64,000 bases of DNA from Guillardia theta CCMP2712 (lineage: Eukaryota > Protista > Cryptophyta): the NCBI RefSeq assembly GCF_000315625.1, contig NW_005434672.1, positions 302,006 to 366,005 on the forward strand. Direction: 5' to 3'. The notes beneath the pieces are model-generated. The model was not told where the DNA came from. It did not search any database and saw nothing but the letters and a program-made list of their open reading frames with translations. Position numbers and translations under genes: made by a program. Every line of letters starts with the position of its first letter. Within the stretch, counting starts at the first letter, position 1. Positions 12,150-25,109 of the stretch are shown here, piece by piece.

Positions 12150-15100
12150 CTCTCCTCTCTCCTCTCCTCTCCCTCCCTCCCCTCCCTCCCTCCCTCTCCC
12201 TCTCCCTCTCTCATCTCTCTCTATCTCTATCTCTCACTCACTCACTCACTCACTATATCACTATCTCTCTGATGCTGCTGCTGTCGCCTCCTCTTACATC
12301 CATGCGATAGACTTCTCCTCTTGCTTCTCGTCTACGAAACGAGATCGCTGGACCTCGACTCAGGTGAATGAGAGCCAGGGCGGTATAGCGGGCAATGGGG
12401 ATGAATGCAGCATTTGAGCCTATGATAATAATGACGACGATGATGATGAGTTGACAATGATGAAAATGATGGAGATGATGATGGTTTTTTTCAGCAAGCA
12501 CGATGTTTATCACCTTGACGAATTACAATGGTCGTGTGGATGGTGGGCTCCATAATGCCAATATCTAAGTGTACGGTGTTATGTTGACAGAGGCCTCGTG
12601 CACAAGGATAGACGTCATGACAAGTGATGTTCAGATTGCCTTAACTGGCTGAAAGGATACTCCAGCTCGATCAAACAGCCGCCGGGATGCGAAGTAAGTC
12701 CAGCACTATCGTGTGAGGAGGACTGACTATCTGTCGGCGCGTCAGAGCATTCGTCGGTCGTTCCCTCGTCTGCAGACGGGAGAAGTCGTCGTCCTCCCTT
12801 CAAGAGTCGCCCCGTCCTCCTCGTTCCGACACACGTTCTCAAGGCCCTTCATCAACTCTCCCAGCGTCGTCATCAGCTTCAACGGTTTCCCAAACTCCCC
12901 CGATCCCCAGGAGCTGAGAGCGAGCAACGGGACCTGGGCCGTTACGATCCGGCATGCAGGGCAAGGAAGCTTCTCGGGCAACCTCTACAGGACAGACACG
13001 TCAACTAGCAACTTCACAGACGGGTGGCAGAGCCGAGTGATCTTGCACTACATTGCATGGGACTCCGCCTTGGTCTCGGCACGAGACCATGAGCAAGCAG
13101 GAGGCCTGACGGCCAACAACGTCTCGGGTGGTGATGTGGCTGTTGAGTTTGGCACTTGGGACCTCCAAGACTCGGGGGATGAGAGCGAGAAGCTGGAGTT
13201 CGATCGAGGGATCCATTGGAACAACCAGCAGCTCAAGTACAACGCGCAGGGGGTGAGGAATGTGTATCAGGGAGGAATGCCCAACTATGCTCGCGTCAAC
13301 TTCAGGAGCAACTTCGCTCGCCCTCCTCAGGTGGTGCTGACGGTAAAGCTGGTGGAGAGGGGCAGTCCTCAGGCAGCGTTTGCGACTACTGTGCAATCCG
13401 TCGATGCCAATGGCTTTGACGTCAGTTTTGTTCGTCTCGATGCTTCCTGGCCTGTCTCGAGACTCTTCATCGACTACATCGCCTGGTCATACCCTCTCCC
13501 CTCCTCCAACTCCTCCAACTCCTCCAACTCCTCGTTTTTCCAGCAAAGTGGGAACTCTTCAGACTGCGGAAGTCGATACTGGGCAGCCAAACTTGACCCG
13601 TACATGCTCCCAAATGCTCAACTCGGCACGCAGCGTCTTCCACCTCCCGTGCCGACGACAGCAGGAGCCAACAACTTCTCTTACCCAGACACTCGATGGG
13701 GTGAAGGATTCTTGGCAGCTGGGCAGGGGCTGGGACAGCGAGGCATCAGGCTGCCTTCATCAGTGCGGTATGAGGTCAAATTCTCCCTTGGGGCTGCCGA
13801 GGCTTCTCCTGCCCTTCCCAGCTTCTATCGCCCTCCTTTCCTAGTCGTCGGCCTCGCCCTCCACTATCCTCATCCAGTCCCCAACGGCTTTGTGCAAGAC
13901 ACCTTCACCTGCTCGCTGGTCAACGTCACCCGGGACGGCTTCGTAGTCGACGTCTTCCGGGTGGATCGGGGTGGCTTGAGTGTCAACGACATTGGAGGAC
14001 GAGGCTGGATGCTCTCGCTCGACCTCAGCTGGATCGCGTGGGAGCCCATGGTCGAGCCCTTCACCGTCCTCCACCCTGGCAGCCCAGTGCACGGGATCTC
14101 GCAAGAGACAGGAACGTACTCCTTCTTCCGTGTTTCCGTCTTTGACCCGACCCATGACCTCATTGTCGACATCAACACAAGCTCCACCAACTTCACCCTC
14201 CCGAGCGGTGGGCCCAACATCGACCAACGGGTGCAGTGGCTGCCCCACTACGTCTTCCCCCTCCTGGACCCCCCCGACCTCTCTTCCAACCGCATTGTCA
14301 ACATCCCCAACACGGCTCCACCTGACTCCTACTACTTGACCAATGTCCTCCGGCTCCTCAACTCCGGCCTTGTCCCTCAGCGCACTTGCCATGGCCGCTC
14401 CGGGGTACTCGAGAACATCAACAGCGCTGCTGGGCCTGTCTCGTGCTCTTCCCAGGTCATCACGGATCAAGTGCTGGGTCCTTGGCCGTACAGAGAAGCA
14501 TTTGCCTTCATTATGCCGGAAGCAAGGTGCTCCTTAGCTACAACACTCCCTTTGCTCCTGTGATTCCCTGCCCTGCTCCTCTCCTCCTTCCCCTCCTCTT
14601 GTCATTGCTGCCGCTCTTCTTCTCCGCCTCCGCCTTCTCCTCTCGTTGCTCCTTCTCATTTCCGCTTCTCTGCCAATCGCGGCACTTTCCTTTCTTCCTG
14701 CTCTTGCCAACATCCCCGCGCTCGTCTCATCCTCAGCTCCAGGTGGTATCGCCTCGAGTGCGCAGGGCTGGGGTGCCCGCACGCCTTCTCGCACTTCGTC
14801 GCTCCTCTCATGATGATAGCGAGCACTAAGACTCAATTCCCCAGCCGCGCACTCGTCGGCAAGAGGCTGCCGACCGTCAAGACCGGGTGGCCCCAGCAGG
14901 ACTCCCAGCTGGGAGTGGAAGGGGTCAGCTCAAGGGACGTGGCAGACCCCTGGATCAGCGAGTTCCTGCAGGAGGAGGGCTGGGCGAGGGTTACGATCTT
15001 CAGCTCTGATCCCTCGTTCCGTGTCGGGAAGTTCTACATCGGAGTGCTTGCGCTTACGGGCAGTAGCTACAGCATCATGGCGCGGGTAGGGAGGATAGCT

Positions 15101-16583
15101 CCTCTTGGTCTTCAGGCGATCGGCGTACCTTCCTCGTCCTTCGTCCCCTACGTGGGGAGGATGGTTCCTGGGAGGCGGTACAGCGGGAACGTGGAGGAGG
15201 GGGGATGGATCTACTACCGGCTGTCTCTGTCAGCTTCGGACATCAGCAAGAACACGGCTGTAACCATCATCACAGTAGAGCATGCTTCCCCTGCGGACCA
15301 GGTAGACTTGTGTCTCCTTGCTCCTTTACTCCTCGTTGATCTGCCCACAAGCGCCTTCCTCCTCCCCCTCTCCTTCCGTTTGCCTGCATGGATGGGTACA
15401 CAGTGATCTTGTGCTGCCGTGTCTGCAACTTCTGCTTCATCTCCGCGTGCTGGCACTTCTTTGACGCGTTTGACTAGCTCAACGTCTACCTGAGGAAGGA
15501 CGAGGCCCCGCACGACCTCACGACCCTCCCAGCTCGTCTCGCCTCAGGGCTGATAGTCAACGAAACTTACGGAGCAGGCGGAGGATGCAACGTGTCCGGG
15601 TGGGAGGGGGTCAAAGACTGCTCGTCATGCGGCGAGCTGGGAACTATCCTCGGTGGCCAGCACCTGCTGGGACATGCTTCGCTGCTGCAGAGGAGGGTTG
15701 CTATCCCGAGGAAGCATAACCTTCTGCGCCTGGTCCTCAAGTTCGTCAAGATCGACGAATGGGACAACAGCACGGCCTTCGTGATGGTGGATGGTGTGCA
15801 GGTGATGGAGGAGATGTGAGGGGAATGGGAGAGGAGCAGAGAGGGGGGGGGCAGGAGAAGGCCAGGAGAGCAGAGAAGGAGAGGAAAGCAGACAGGAAGG
15901 AAGAGGGGAGTAGCGAAGGGAGCTGGGGAGGGGGAGCAGCGAGAGAAAGCAATCGGGGAAAGGGAGGCAGGAAAGGGCCTGACGGCGATGGCACCTGCAA
16001 GGTATGGAACCACACCTTCACTTGCGACGTGATCCTCGACGGGCTGTGCGGAGGCTCTACCCGAGGATCTCCTCAGTGCGGGGCTGCGAGCTGGCCGGAG
16101 GAGGAGGTTCAGGTCAACGTGACGATACCGCACGAGCAGGCGACCGCAGAGATCAAGATTCTGACTGATCTACCGCAAGACTCTCAATTCGCCCTCCATC
16201 GCTCCTGGGGAATCGCTTCCTTCCAGTTCTGGTATCCTTGCCTCACTCACACACACACTCACTCACTCGCTCACTCACTCCTCATCCTCCTCCTCCCTCT
16301 CCTCCTCGCCCCCACCTCTCTTCTCTCCCTGCGATCCTGACGGAGATTGCCAGGTACTTCAACACGCACAGCAGGACGGCAGAGTGGGACGAGAGTAACG
16401 TGCTGCTATTCTCGAGCAACTTTTCCATCCCCCCCACTGATGTCTCCGACACCTGCACACCCATCAGCCTATACGACGCTCCTCACTGCGAGTGGAGTAA
16501 CGGATCTCGGGTAACTTTCACTTCCTGTTTGACATGTGTTGGGAAAGAGGAGGCGACCGTGATGAGGCAAAGGGAGAGGGGGG

Positions 16584-16620
<37 letters not shown>

Positions 16621-18451
16621 AAAATGAAAGAGGTCGTGGCAGAGCAGGAGCAGGAGCAGGGGCAGGGGCAAGAACAGGAGCAAAGAACAGGAGCAAAAAA
16701 CACGAGGAGGAGGAGCAGGAGGAGGAGGGGTAATATTGGCATAGGTGTGCACAGGAGGACAGCTCTGCAGCCAGAGATCGTTTTCGTACAGGTTGAGCTC
16801 AGCAGGAGAGTACTTCGTTGGGGTCTACGGCCTTAACGTCTCCCTGCCGTTCCTCCGCTTCCTCGTTTCCACCCACGTGGTGCAGACCTTGTCCTTCGAT
16901 GACGCGCTGCCCTCCATCCTTGCGGATAAGCGCGCCGAGCCTCTCCCCCTAATTCAGACCTATCCGAGGTCCTCAGTGAGAGCGAGGGGGGGGGGGAGGG
17001 GAGGGGGAAGGAAAAAAGGGGGCCGAGAGGGAAAGTGGGGGGAGGAAGTGGGGGCAACGGAAGAGAAGGGCGGGAGAGAGTTGAGGAGGGAGCGCTCCGC
17101 AGGAGCCAGGGAGAGAGGGAAGGGAGGGGGGAAGGGGGGTAAGTCAACTGATTTATCTCTTCTCTCAGAGTGTCAGTGGCGCATGGTCCAGGGATCTCCA
17201 TCGGTCTTGCCGGTGGTCAGAGGGTGTCAAGTTCCCCCCTGACGAGCCGCTGGCAGGAATCCCGTCCTCCTTCTACATCCGCACCAAGGACAAGTACGGC
17301 AACCTTAGAAGCACAGGGGGAGACACTTTCAACGTCACCTTTACCTCCTGCTACAATGTCCTCACATCCTTGCACGCTGCTGCCAGTCTCGCTGACCACC
17401 TCCCAGGGGTCCTGTGCTGCCAGCCCACAGGCGACAAGCTGCCAGGCAGCGGAAGTTTCCAGCAGCGTCCCGACCTTTGTCTTCGACCTGGGCGATGGCA
17501 ATTATTTCGTGTCCTACACTCTCACAGGGACGGGGAGGTACCAGATGAGCGTGCAGACTCAGGGAGTTCACATTCGAGGCTCTCCCTTCGAGGTGATGAC
17601 GACCAGGAGGAGGAGGAGGAGGAGGAGGAGGAGGAGGATGGAAAGTAGGTGGATGTATGATGATGGCGATTCTCGTTCTCGTTCGCGTGCGGGTTCCCGT
17701 GCTGTTAGCCATCATGATTGTGAAGAGGGAGCGGAGAGAGGGACTGACAAGTAGGAGGAGGAGGAAGCAGAGCCTCACTGTGGCTGACAGGTTCTGTCCC
17801 AACCGGATTCAATCCTGCTGCACGTAGAGACAGGAGCGACTTTCAACCAGAGCTTCCGCCGGCTCCAATCCTCCGTCCCTGAGCGGGGAAGTGTCTTTGA
17901 AAGGATGTATACCTTCTTCTCCTTCCTGGTCAACGACATGATGGCAGATGTCACCATTGAGGTCGATACAACGGGAGCCTGTCGATCCCTTTGACTTGCC
18001 CTGCTCCCAGGTGTTGACACTCACCGGCGAAACTGACGTGCTGGTGTCAAACACTCGAGAATTTCCCAACTTGGGAACCCCAGCTGACGTCCAGTGGAGA
18101 TCTGACTGGATCAACCTGGGAGGGAACGTTCACAGGATTCAGAGTAAGAGAAACATGTCGCAGGTTGTCGTCAGTGATTGTTCTTGACGCAGTTGGTTAT
18201 GAGGACCCTCTCTTCCTGATTGGATCTTACCATCTTGCCGTCTTTGGGAGACAGAATGCAACTTTTGACATCAATGTCACTGTTGAGCAGGTGGCGAGAG
18301 AGGTAGGTCATCACTAGACAAATTGCTCGGCTTGACATGTCTTGATCAGATTCAGTTTGGCAGAAGCTATGGATCAACATTGTCCACCGGGCCCAACTGC
18401 TCTCAAGATGCTGACTGCGGTGATGCATATTTCTTAGATTTGATGTGGAGA

Positions 18452-18495
<44 letters not shown>

Positions 18496-20852
18496 AAGCA
18501 GGACGAAAAGTGGGAAGAGGATCAGGAGGGAAAGGATGGAGAAGAGCGAGATGATAGATGTTTACAAGTATATTGCTCGCTATTTCATAGTTGGCTCCCA
18601 AGGAGTATGGAAGAGAGTACATAGCGGTTGACAACGAACTGATCCAAAGGGAGAGGGACTAGGGTCAGGAAAGGACAGCCTTCACTGATCCTGCGCTCAG
18701 CCTCGGAGTACGTGTGCCAGGACGGCGCTTGCAAACAGCTCAGAAGATTCAGATTGAGGCCGATCAATCCCTACTATATGATCGCCTTTAGGACCAGGAG
18801 CACCACGAGCTTCAGCGCAGCCCTTGTCAATACAGGAGCCTCGAACCAGAGTGCATGTGACAACCTGGTGCTATGGGTCACCATCGACAAGCCGTACCCG
18901 CAGGTCTGCATGCGATCGATCCCTTTCCTCCTCACGGGCTTGTCAGGGAAACCTCGTCAACGCCTCGGTCAACGTGTTGCCTCCAGCAGTCGGTCCTAGT
19001 CCTCTGTCTTGTGAGCAAGTTCAGCTCATCGCCATCAACCAACCGAGAGTTGGCGCAAACTACTACATCTCGATCACCGTGAGTGATGAACCTCCTCGTT
19101 TGCTCACAGTGACAAAGTCTTCTCCTCTTCAGTCGGCAACGATCCAGAACGCAACAACAGCGTTCAGCATATCTGCAGCGTCCAGCGTGACCCCTCCTCC
19201 CAGCCTCCAGAGCCTCTTCGTCCCTCCTAGAATCAACCTCCTCAACGTGTACCAGTCAAACTCAACAAACTCTTCGCGCAACGTCACGAGCAAGAACGTC
19301 ACATGGACTTCTCTTGGCAATGAGGTCTCTTGCTGGCAACCTGCCCGCTCCTTGCGTTCCTGACGTGCCACGTCAGGTAAGTGGCGAAGTCCCACAGGGT
19401 AGATCCGTCTACTTCGCCTTCACTCTCCCCAGCTCTCAGTCCGAGCTTCGATGTCAAGTCAACTGCTCAGTCGGCAAGGTCCTCCTGTTCCTCTCAACCA
19501 ACGACTCCTTCCCCGACCGCTCGCGCCCGTCGAATCTTCAGGTGAAGCCTGTGAAAGGGCTGACAACTCCCTGATTGCCCCCTGTCCTCAGTGGAGAACG
19601 GATGCTCAGTACCCAGGAGGACAGGTCGACCCTCGGATCGCTCCTCCTCTCCTGACCCTGTGCAGGCTAGTGCGCAGATCATTGCTCGCCCGACGGACCC
19701 AGGGTTCGCTGCTGGAATCTACTACCTGTCAGTCTTCGGTTCTGAGCCGTGTTCCTTCCAGGTACGGGCCTGCTCTCTTTTTCCCTCCTGCTGTCCTCTT
19801 CTGCCGCCCTTTCTCCATATCCATATCCTTTCTTCTTCCTATCTTCTCTTCTCTTCTTCTCCTCCTATCCTTTCCCGCCATGTGGTGGGACGCAAGTGAT
19901 CTGTGTGCGGGTACAGCTGCTCTGTCAGATCGAGGTGACGGCTCCGACCGTCAAGATCGGCAACAACTATGGGGGAAGGTGGGAAGGAGACGACCTGTCG
20001 CTCCGAGCGTCTCAGTGACTTTGCCGGCAGGATCACTGCACAAGGAGGCTACGCCTTCTATCGGTTGTTGGCAGACGGACTTCAGAACCGTGTCATCATT
20101 GTCACCAAACTCTCCGTAGCAAGCGTTGCTGCTTTCACTCCGCCGTTGGCTATCTACGTGCAGGTTTTTTCTGCTCTCTGCCGCGGCTGCCTGAACCCCC
20201 TCCTCTCCTTCCCCTCTTCCAATCTCTGTTACTACTCCTCTTCCCCTTTGTCACCCATTTCTTCCTCCCCTTGCCCTTCTTCCTCTTTCCCTTCTCCGTC
20301 CTCCTGTGGTTGATGATCGAGTGCTCGTTGCCAGAGGTCCGAGCCATCGACGAGTGCTCGCACTTTGACAACTTGCTCGGTGCAAAAGAACATCGACTGT
20401 GTGCAGCCGACCTTGAGCCCCAACTGTGAGAAAGGCAGAGGAAGGCAGGACGAGGGTGTTTGACTCGAAGGCAGGCACTTGCAACGGAACTTTCACTGGG
20501 AACTGGACGGCGGCAGCAGCATCGAGGTAGGACGATGCTGCTGGATCATACTTGAGAATGCTGACCCTCCTTCACCTCTCCTACTCTTCTCACGCTCTCC
20601 TTGCTCTGGCAGTTGCGCATGGCCTTGCGATAGTCCTTTCAGTAGCGATCAGGGGAGTCTGGGACAGGCCTCGTATCAAGGGAGAACCAGCGTTGAGGTA
20701 CATGAAGTCAGCTCAGCAAGACTTCTTCCGTTGACTTGAGCTGCTTGCTTTAGGCGATCCTCGTCCCAGGTTCTGTCTACTACGTTGCCGTTGCCTGCGT
20801 CCCTGGTGTCACCCTCCCTGTCACTTTCTCCGTGAGCTTTCAAACTTTTTGA
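11830..20852 (+). CDS. Very large secreted multidomain protein: three H-type-lectin-like repeats, several PPC-like beta-sandwich repeats and a filamin/ABP280 Ig repeat
   Basis: Spliced N-terminus MTKMARTRAARPGKILLLLLLVYETRS is signal-peptide-like; intron 1 (11874-12310) spans the N gap. Three repeats of the F..PP.VV.....F.V...R.D....W...YIAW type lie in 12745-14045. Filamin repeat: AHGPGIS...FYIRTKDKYGNLRSTGGDTFNV...DLGDGNYFVSYT..GRYQMSV...HIRGSPFEV (17170-17593). The last exon ends VTFSVSFQTF-stop. That this is a single gene is inferred. Confidence 0.65.
11953..12102. other. Assembly gap (150 N) flanked by (CT)n/(CTCA)n microsatellite
   Basis: Run of N in the sequence. Confidence 1.
16584..16728 (+). 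repeat. (GCAGGA)n intronic microsatellite; same unit at about 18453-18502, 39497-39645, 53784-53817 and 56550-56577
   Basis: Tandem hexamer directly visible. Confidence 0.9.
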
Positions 20853-21727
20853 TCGGCCGCTCAGCCCTCATCAAGCTGCCCTGTAACATAATGTGACTCT
20901 GTGACAAGTAAACTAGATGTCTAAAGTGTCGTAATCCCCCGCGATCGAACCGTGAGCTCAACGATTGCCAGCCGCTAAGCCCGCAGTAACCGAGCCAGGG
21001 GGCGCGTCCGCTGAGTCAAGCCGCCGCCGGTTGGCTCAGTGTGACGGGTGAGCGGGCCCCGGCACGGTGACCGGCGGCGGTTGAACCGACAACGCCCGGC
21101 CCGGCCCCGGCTCCCCTTACTTGACCGGATGCGAAGGTGAACCGGCAGTTGCTTGTGACTGGTGGTGAGCCACAAACTAGTGACCTTCCAATTACAACGG
21201 AACCGTTGGTTTCCGTTATTTGGCTCACTTGATCCGTTATGCCTCTCCTCTCCCCCAATCGTTGCGATTTACCATCCCTTGTTGGTCCATAGGATGACAG
21301 TACCCCACCTCAAGTACAGAATGACTCAATCCACCCTTATTTCGCCACTACCCCACCCACAATTGGAGAGCTCCCTCTTGCAATACACCCCACAATTTGT
21401 GGGGTAATAACAAAGACCACCCTACCCAATTCAACCGTACCCCTGATTTCGGCAAACTCCTTTGGCCGCAACATATGTTTGACGACCCTACCCTACCGTC
21501 ACTTAACCCCTTCAGCTCCCTGGATTTAATCGAACTATACGAGAATACACCGGTGCTGGTCTTTGATCACCCCTTCAAATCCAAAGAAGTACCCCCATAT
21601 TGCCCAATTCTGACAAACCTTCTTGGAACCCCAGCACCCCTCATTCGATGTACCCCCTCTAAAACACCACTACCCCGGTCTGTGTTATATGATGGGGTGC
21701 GCCCTCCTGACTTCCCAGTACGTACAT

Positions 21728-22986
21728 ATGGCGACGAGAGCGGCATGCGCAGCTCTTCTGATGCTGCTCCCGCATGCAGATTCGTTCATTCTCCCCTCCC
21801 CCGCTCTCAGCGTTGTATCTCCCTCCCACAACAGCCTACTGCACAGGGATCTAGCTTCTCTTTCCCTCGAGAACGGACCTGCACATCAGAAGTGGGTGAA
21901 ACTTGGAAAGCCATCGGACCGTAGGACTAGAGGACGAGAATGCAGCCCAAGCATGGTGATGGATCCTTTCGTAAAAGACCTTTTTATCGGAGGACTCGCA
22001 GGAACGATTTCGAATATCGTCGTGTTTCCTGTTGATCTTGCCAAGACGAAGATGCAAAACGCCAAGGATCAGGCAGACAAGCAGAAGTATGGGGGATTCT
22101 TTTCTACCGTTTCGTCGATCGTGAAGGAGGAAGGTGTTCATGGACTATGGTCAGGATCCTTGCCTGTTCTGATGGGCAGCGCGCCGGAGTCTGCGATCCA
22201 ACTTGCCTGCCATTCATGGCTGATTGCCTTCCTGCTCCATGGGATGAGCCAGGATGCGTCTTCAGAGGCACAGCTCCCGCTCACTCTACAGATCATCGCA
22301 GGAGGGATTGCAGGAGCGTCAACACTCATTGCTACAAATCCTATGGAGGTGCTGCGGATAAGGGCAGCAAGTAGTGACCAGCGATGTCTGATCACCAACG
22401 TGAAGTCCCTAGGTAAAATCCTTTCCTGAGCTCTTTTTCATGAGCAGCTGACGTGGGGTTTGTTCCAACAGGACTGTTGGGATTGTTCGCAGGATATCAA
22501 GCAACGTGGTTGCGTGACATTCCTTTTGCTGGCATCTACTTCCCGATGTATTGCAACATGAAAGTCTTGGTGACACAGAGTGAGTCTTTTTGTCATGTCG
22601 TTCATCACAACTGACTGGTTGTTCCAGTGATGGCTGCCTGCAACCTTCCGGCCTACGAATCAATCTCCATGACAATGGCTGGGCTGCTTGCTGGCATGTT
22701 TGCTTCCTGCGTCACAACCCCGGCCGATGTGATCAAGACGAGGATTCAAACCAACATCGGAAAGAGCCTTGCGTCCAGCAGTGTTCAGTCACACCCCAGG
22801 CTCGTCGCTGCCTTCTCCACCAACGACGACGCTAACAGCGGCTGTATCAAGTCAACAGCTCTGAGCATGGTTGTGGAGGAGGGTTGGCACTCCTTCCTCA
22901 GCGGAGTGGGTCCTCGTGTAATGAGGTTGGCTCCAGGAATGGCTATCACCCTCGTAATCTACGAGACTCTGCAGAAGGTTGTTTGA
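21728..22986 (+). CDS. Mitochondrial carrier family (SLC25) protein, glutamate/aspartate-glutamate carrier-like, with bipartite plastid-type presequence
   Basis: Three Px[DE]xx[KR]x[KR] signatures (PVDLAKTK, PMEVLRIR, PADVIKTR). APESAIQL and LRDIPFAGIYFPMY resemble citrin/GC1 motifs. N-terminus MATRAACAALLMLLPHADS-FILPSP. Two short introns. Confidence 0.9.
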
Positions 22987-23333
22987 CATCACTGATTCGA
23001 TTGGCAAGTCATGTTCATGTACACTACATCTATTCTTCTTCTGTACCTGTATTATTAAAAAATCACGCGCTACTCTACTTTTGTTCGCCGAGCTCGGCGA
23101 TAGCAGTCTCCGAAGTTGAATCGGATGGAGGCCCGTGTTTACTGTGCCAGGCCGGGCGCCGCACGGTCTGAACTTGGCAAGCCGCCCGGCACTGAAGTTC
23201 GATCGGGCACTGCCAAAATCTCGAGCACCCCTGCATCTGATAGCAATAATTAGTACAAGGCAGGGGTACATATCAATGCAATAGTTGAGTAAAGAGCTGT
23301 CGTGGTTTCGATCCTTCCCCACGTCAGCGCGCC

Positions 23334-24341
23334 ATGCTGAACTTCAAGGATCTCTACTCGCGCTCAGTCGCCATGGTGAAGCAGGTACAGGAGCAGTACC
23401 AGGGGATACAGACAGCTGCTCCTCCTCCTATCAAGGAGGCTGAGCCAACTTACCCGGGCACCAAGGTCATTGCCAAGTAAGAACTTCGAGTGTGATGTTG
23501 CCGCTGCTGTTGACTTCTAGTTCAGTCAGGAGCGCTTGTGGAATCAGATTGTGCAGAATGGAGCAAACATGGCAAGCAAGATTTCTGTGAGATGATTGAT
23601 CCAGTAAGCATGAACGATTGTACTGATTGCGATTGCTAGGCGCAAGATCAGGCAGTGAAGCAGCTCTCTGATACTTGTGAGAAGGAGAATGATTCATGGA
23701 GCGTCTTGAACGAAGAGCTGGGACAGTTGGACAGCTCGCTGACTGCAGTCGACAAAATTAGAAAGGAGATGGAGTCCATTTGTGCTGAGCTGAAGAAGTA
23801 CGATGAAGCGCTGAACGGGCACCTGGAAGCAAAAGAAGAACGGGAGATGGCCAAGTGGAAAGCTTCCATCGAGAAAGACACGCAGGCGTTTGCTGAGAAG
23901 CGAGGAAGAGACATCGAGGCCTTGGAAAAGAAGCTTAAAGTAGAACAGCTGCGACAAATGAAGTTGAAGAAGGCAGAGGAGGACAAGCTTCTCCGAGAAC
24001 TTGAGGCCAAGGAGAAGAGAGAGGCGAAGCTCAAGGCTGAGGCTGAGCGGAAGGAGCGGCAAGCGAAGGAGGAGGCTGAACGGCTGATTGCCAGGGCAGA
24101 AGCAGAAGCGAAGCAGGCGAAGGCAGAGGCAGAGAGGCTGCAGGCAGAGGCAGAGAAGAAGGCGAGGCTTGCCAAGGAGCTGGCGGAGAAGGCGAGGAGC
24201 GAAGCGAAGGAGAAACATACCGATGATAGCGCTGGAAAATCAGCTGCTGCTCCTGAACAAGCGAAGGAGGAGCCGGTGGAAAAACAGGAAGAGGCTGAGA
24301 AGAAGACTGAAGCCGATCCAGGCGAGGAGGAAAAGAAATAG
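23334..24341 (+). CDS. Dysbindin-like (BLOC-1 subunit) coiled-coil protein with A/E/K-rich tail
   Basis: Spliced sequence PGTKVIANQERLWNQIVQNGANMASKISAQDQAVKQLSDTCEKENDSWSVLNEELGQL...QAFAEKRGRDIEALEKKL...QLRQMKLK parallels the remembered dysbindin coiled coil. Two short GT-AG introns keep the frame. Confidence 0.6.
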
Positions 24342-24467
24342 CCGAAAAGAGCAAGATCAAACGAAAAATCTTTATTATTTGAAACATTTAGTTTAAACTC
24401 TGTGAAAACAGACGATGTCAAGGACTTGTTCTCTTTCATGTGTGAAAATCATCATCCATCACGTGCA

Positions 24468-25109
24468 TTACTGTGGGTGTTGAGTAGAACAGAAAAGAAT
24501 ACGGTTGATCTGCGATATGGGAATATCGTCAGCAGGAGCTATCGATTGAGTTGTGTGAAAGGATTGGATCTCTTTCTCGTTCGTCGTCTTGGGCACTTCA
24601 ATCGTGTCTGCACGACATCCATGGTCAGGCAGGGAGCGAAGAGTGTGCGCGTTTCACCTCGGATGGTGTAGTATGATTCGAAACGATTGGTGTTGATGAT
24701 GTTCCAGGCATTGTAGACGATGACGATATAGATGACGAGAAATATGAACCAGGTAGGCAGCGCAACCGCCCAATATCTGGAGCCAAGGAGGGCGCGTGAG
24801 TCGATACAGCGAGAGAGGCTAGGGGGGGGGGGGGGAGGGAAGGGAACGAACAAGCAGGAGCAGAAGAGGCATCGCAAGCGTCTCCTGACTTCACCTGTCG
24901 GGATAGTAAGTGATGCCCATGCTGCGAAGAACCCAGTCAGGGGTGTAGGCCCAGATGATCCACAGGGCTGCAGGGCTGCATGTCAGCGCGAGCATACAAG
25001 ACCCTCTCTACCCCTCACCGAAGGAAAACAAACTTGAGAGGTACCCCACAATGCCGTAGACCTCCGCAGCCTTGGCTCCATGCGGAGCTCCTTTCTCGCT
25101 CTTGTTCAT
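24468..25109 (-). CDS. PIGP: GPI-GlcNAc transferase subunit P
   Basis: AEVYGIVGYLSS / WAYTPDWVLRSMGITYYPD / RYWAVALPTW ... DIPISQIN match PIG-P family motifs. Confidence 0.9.
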
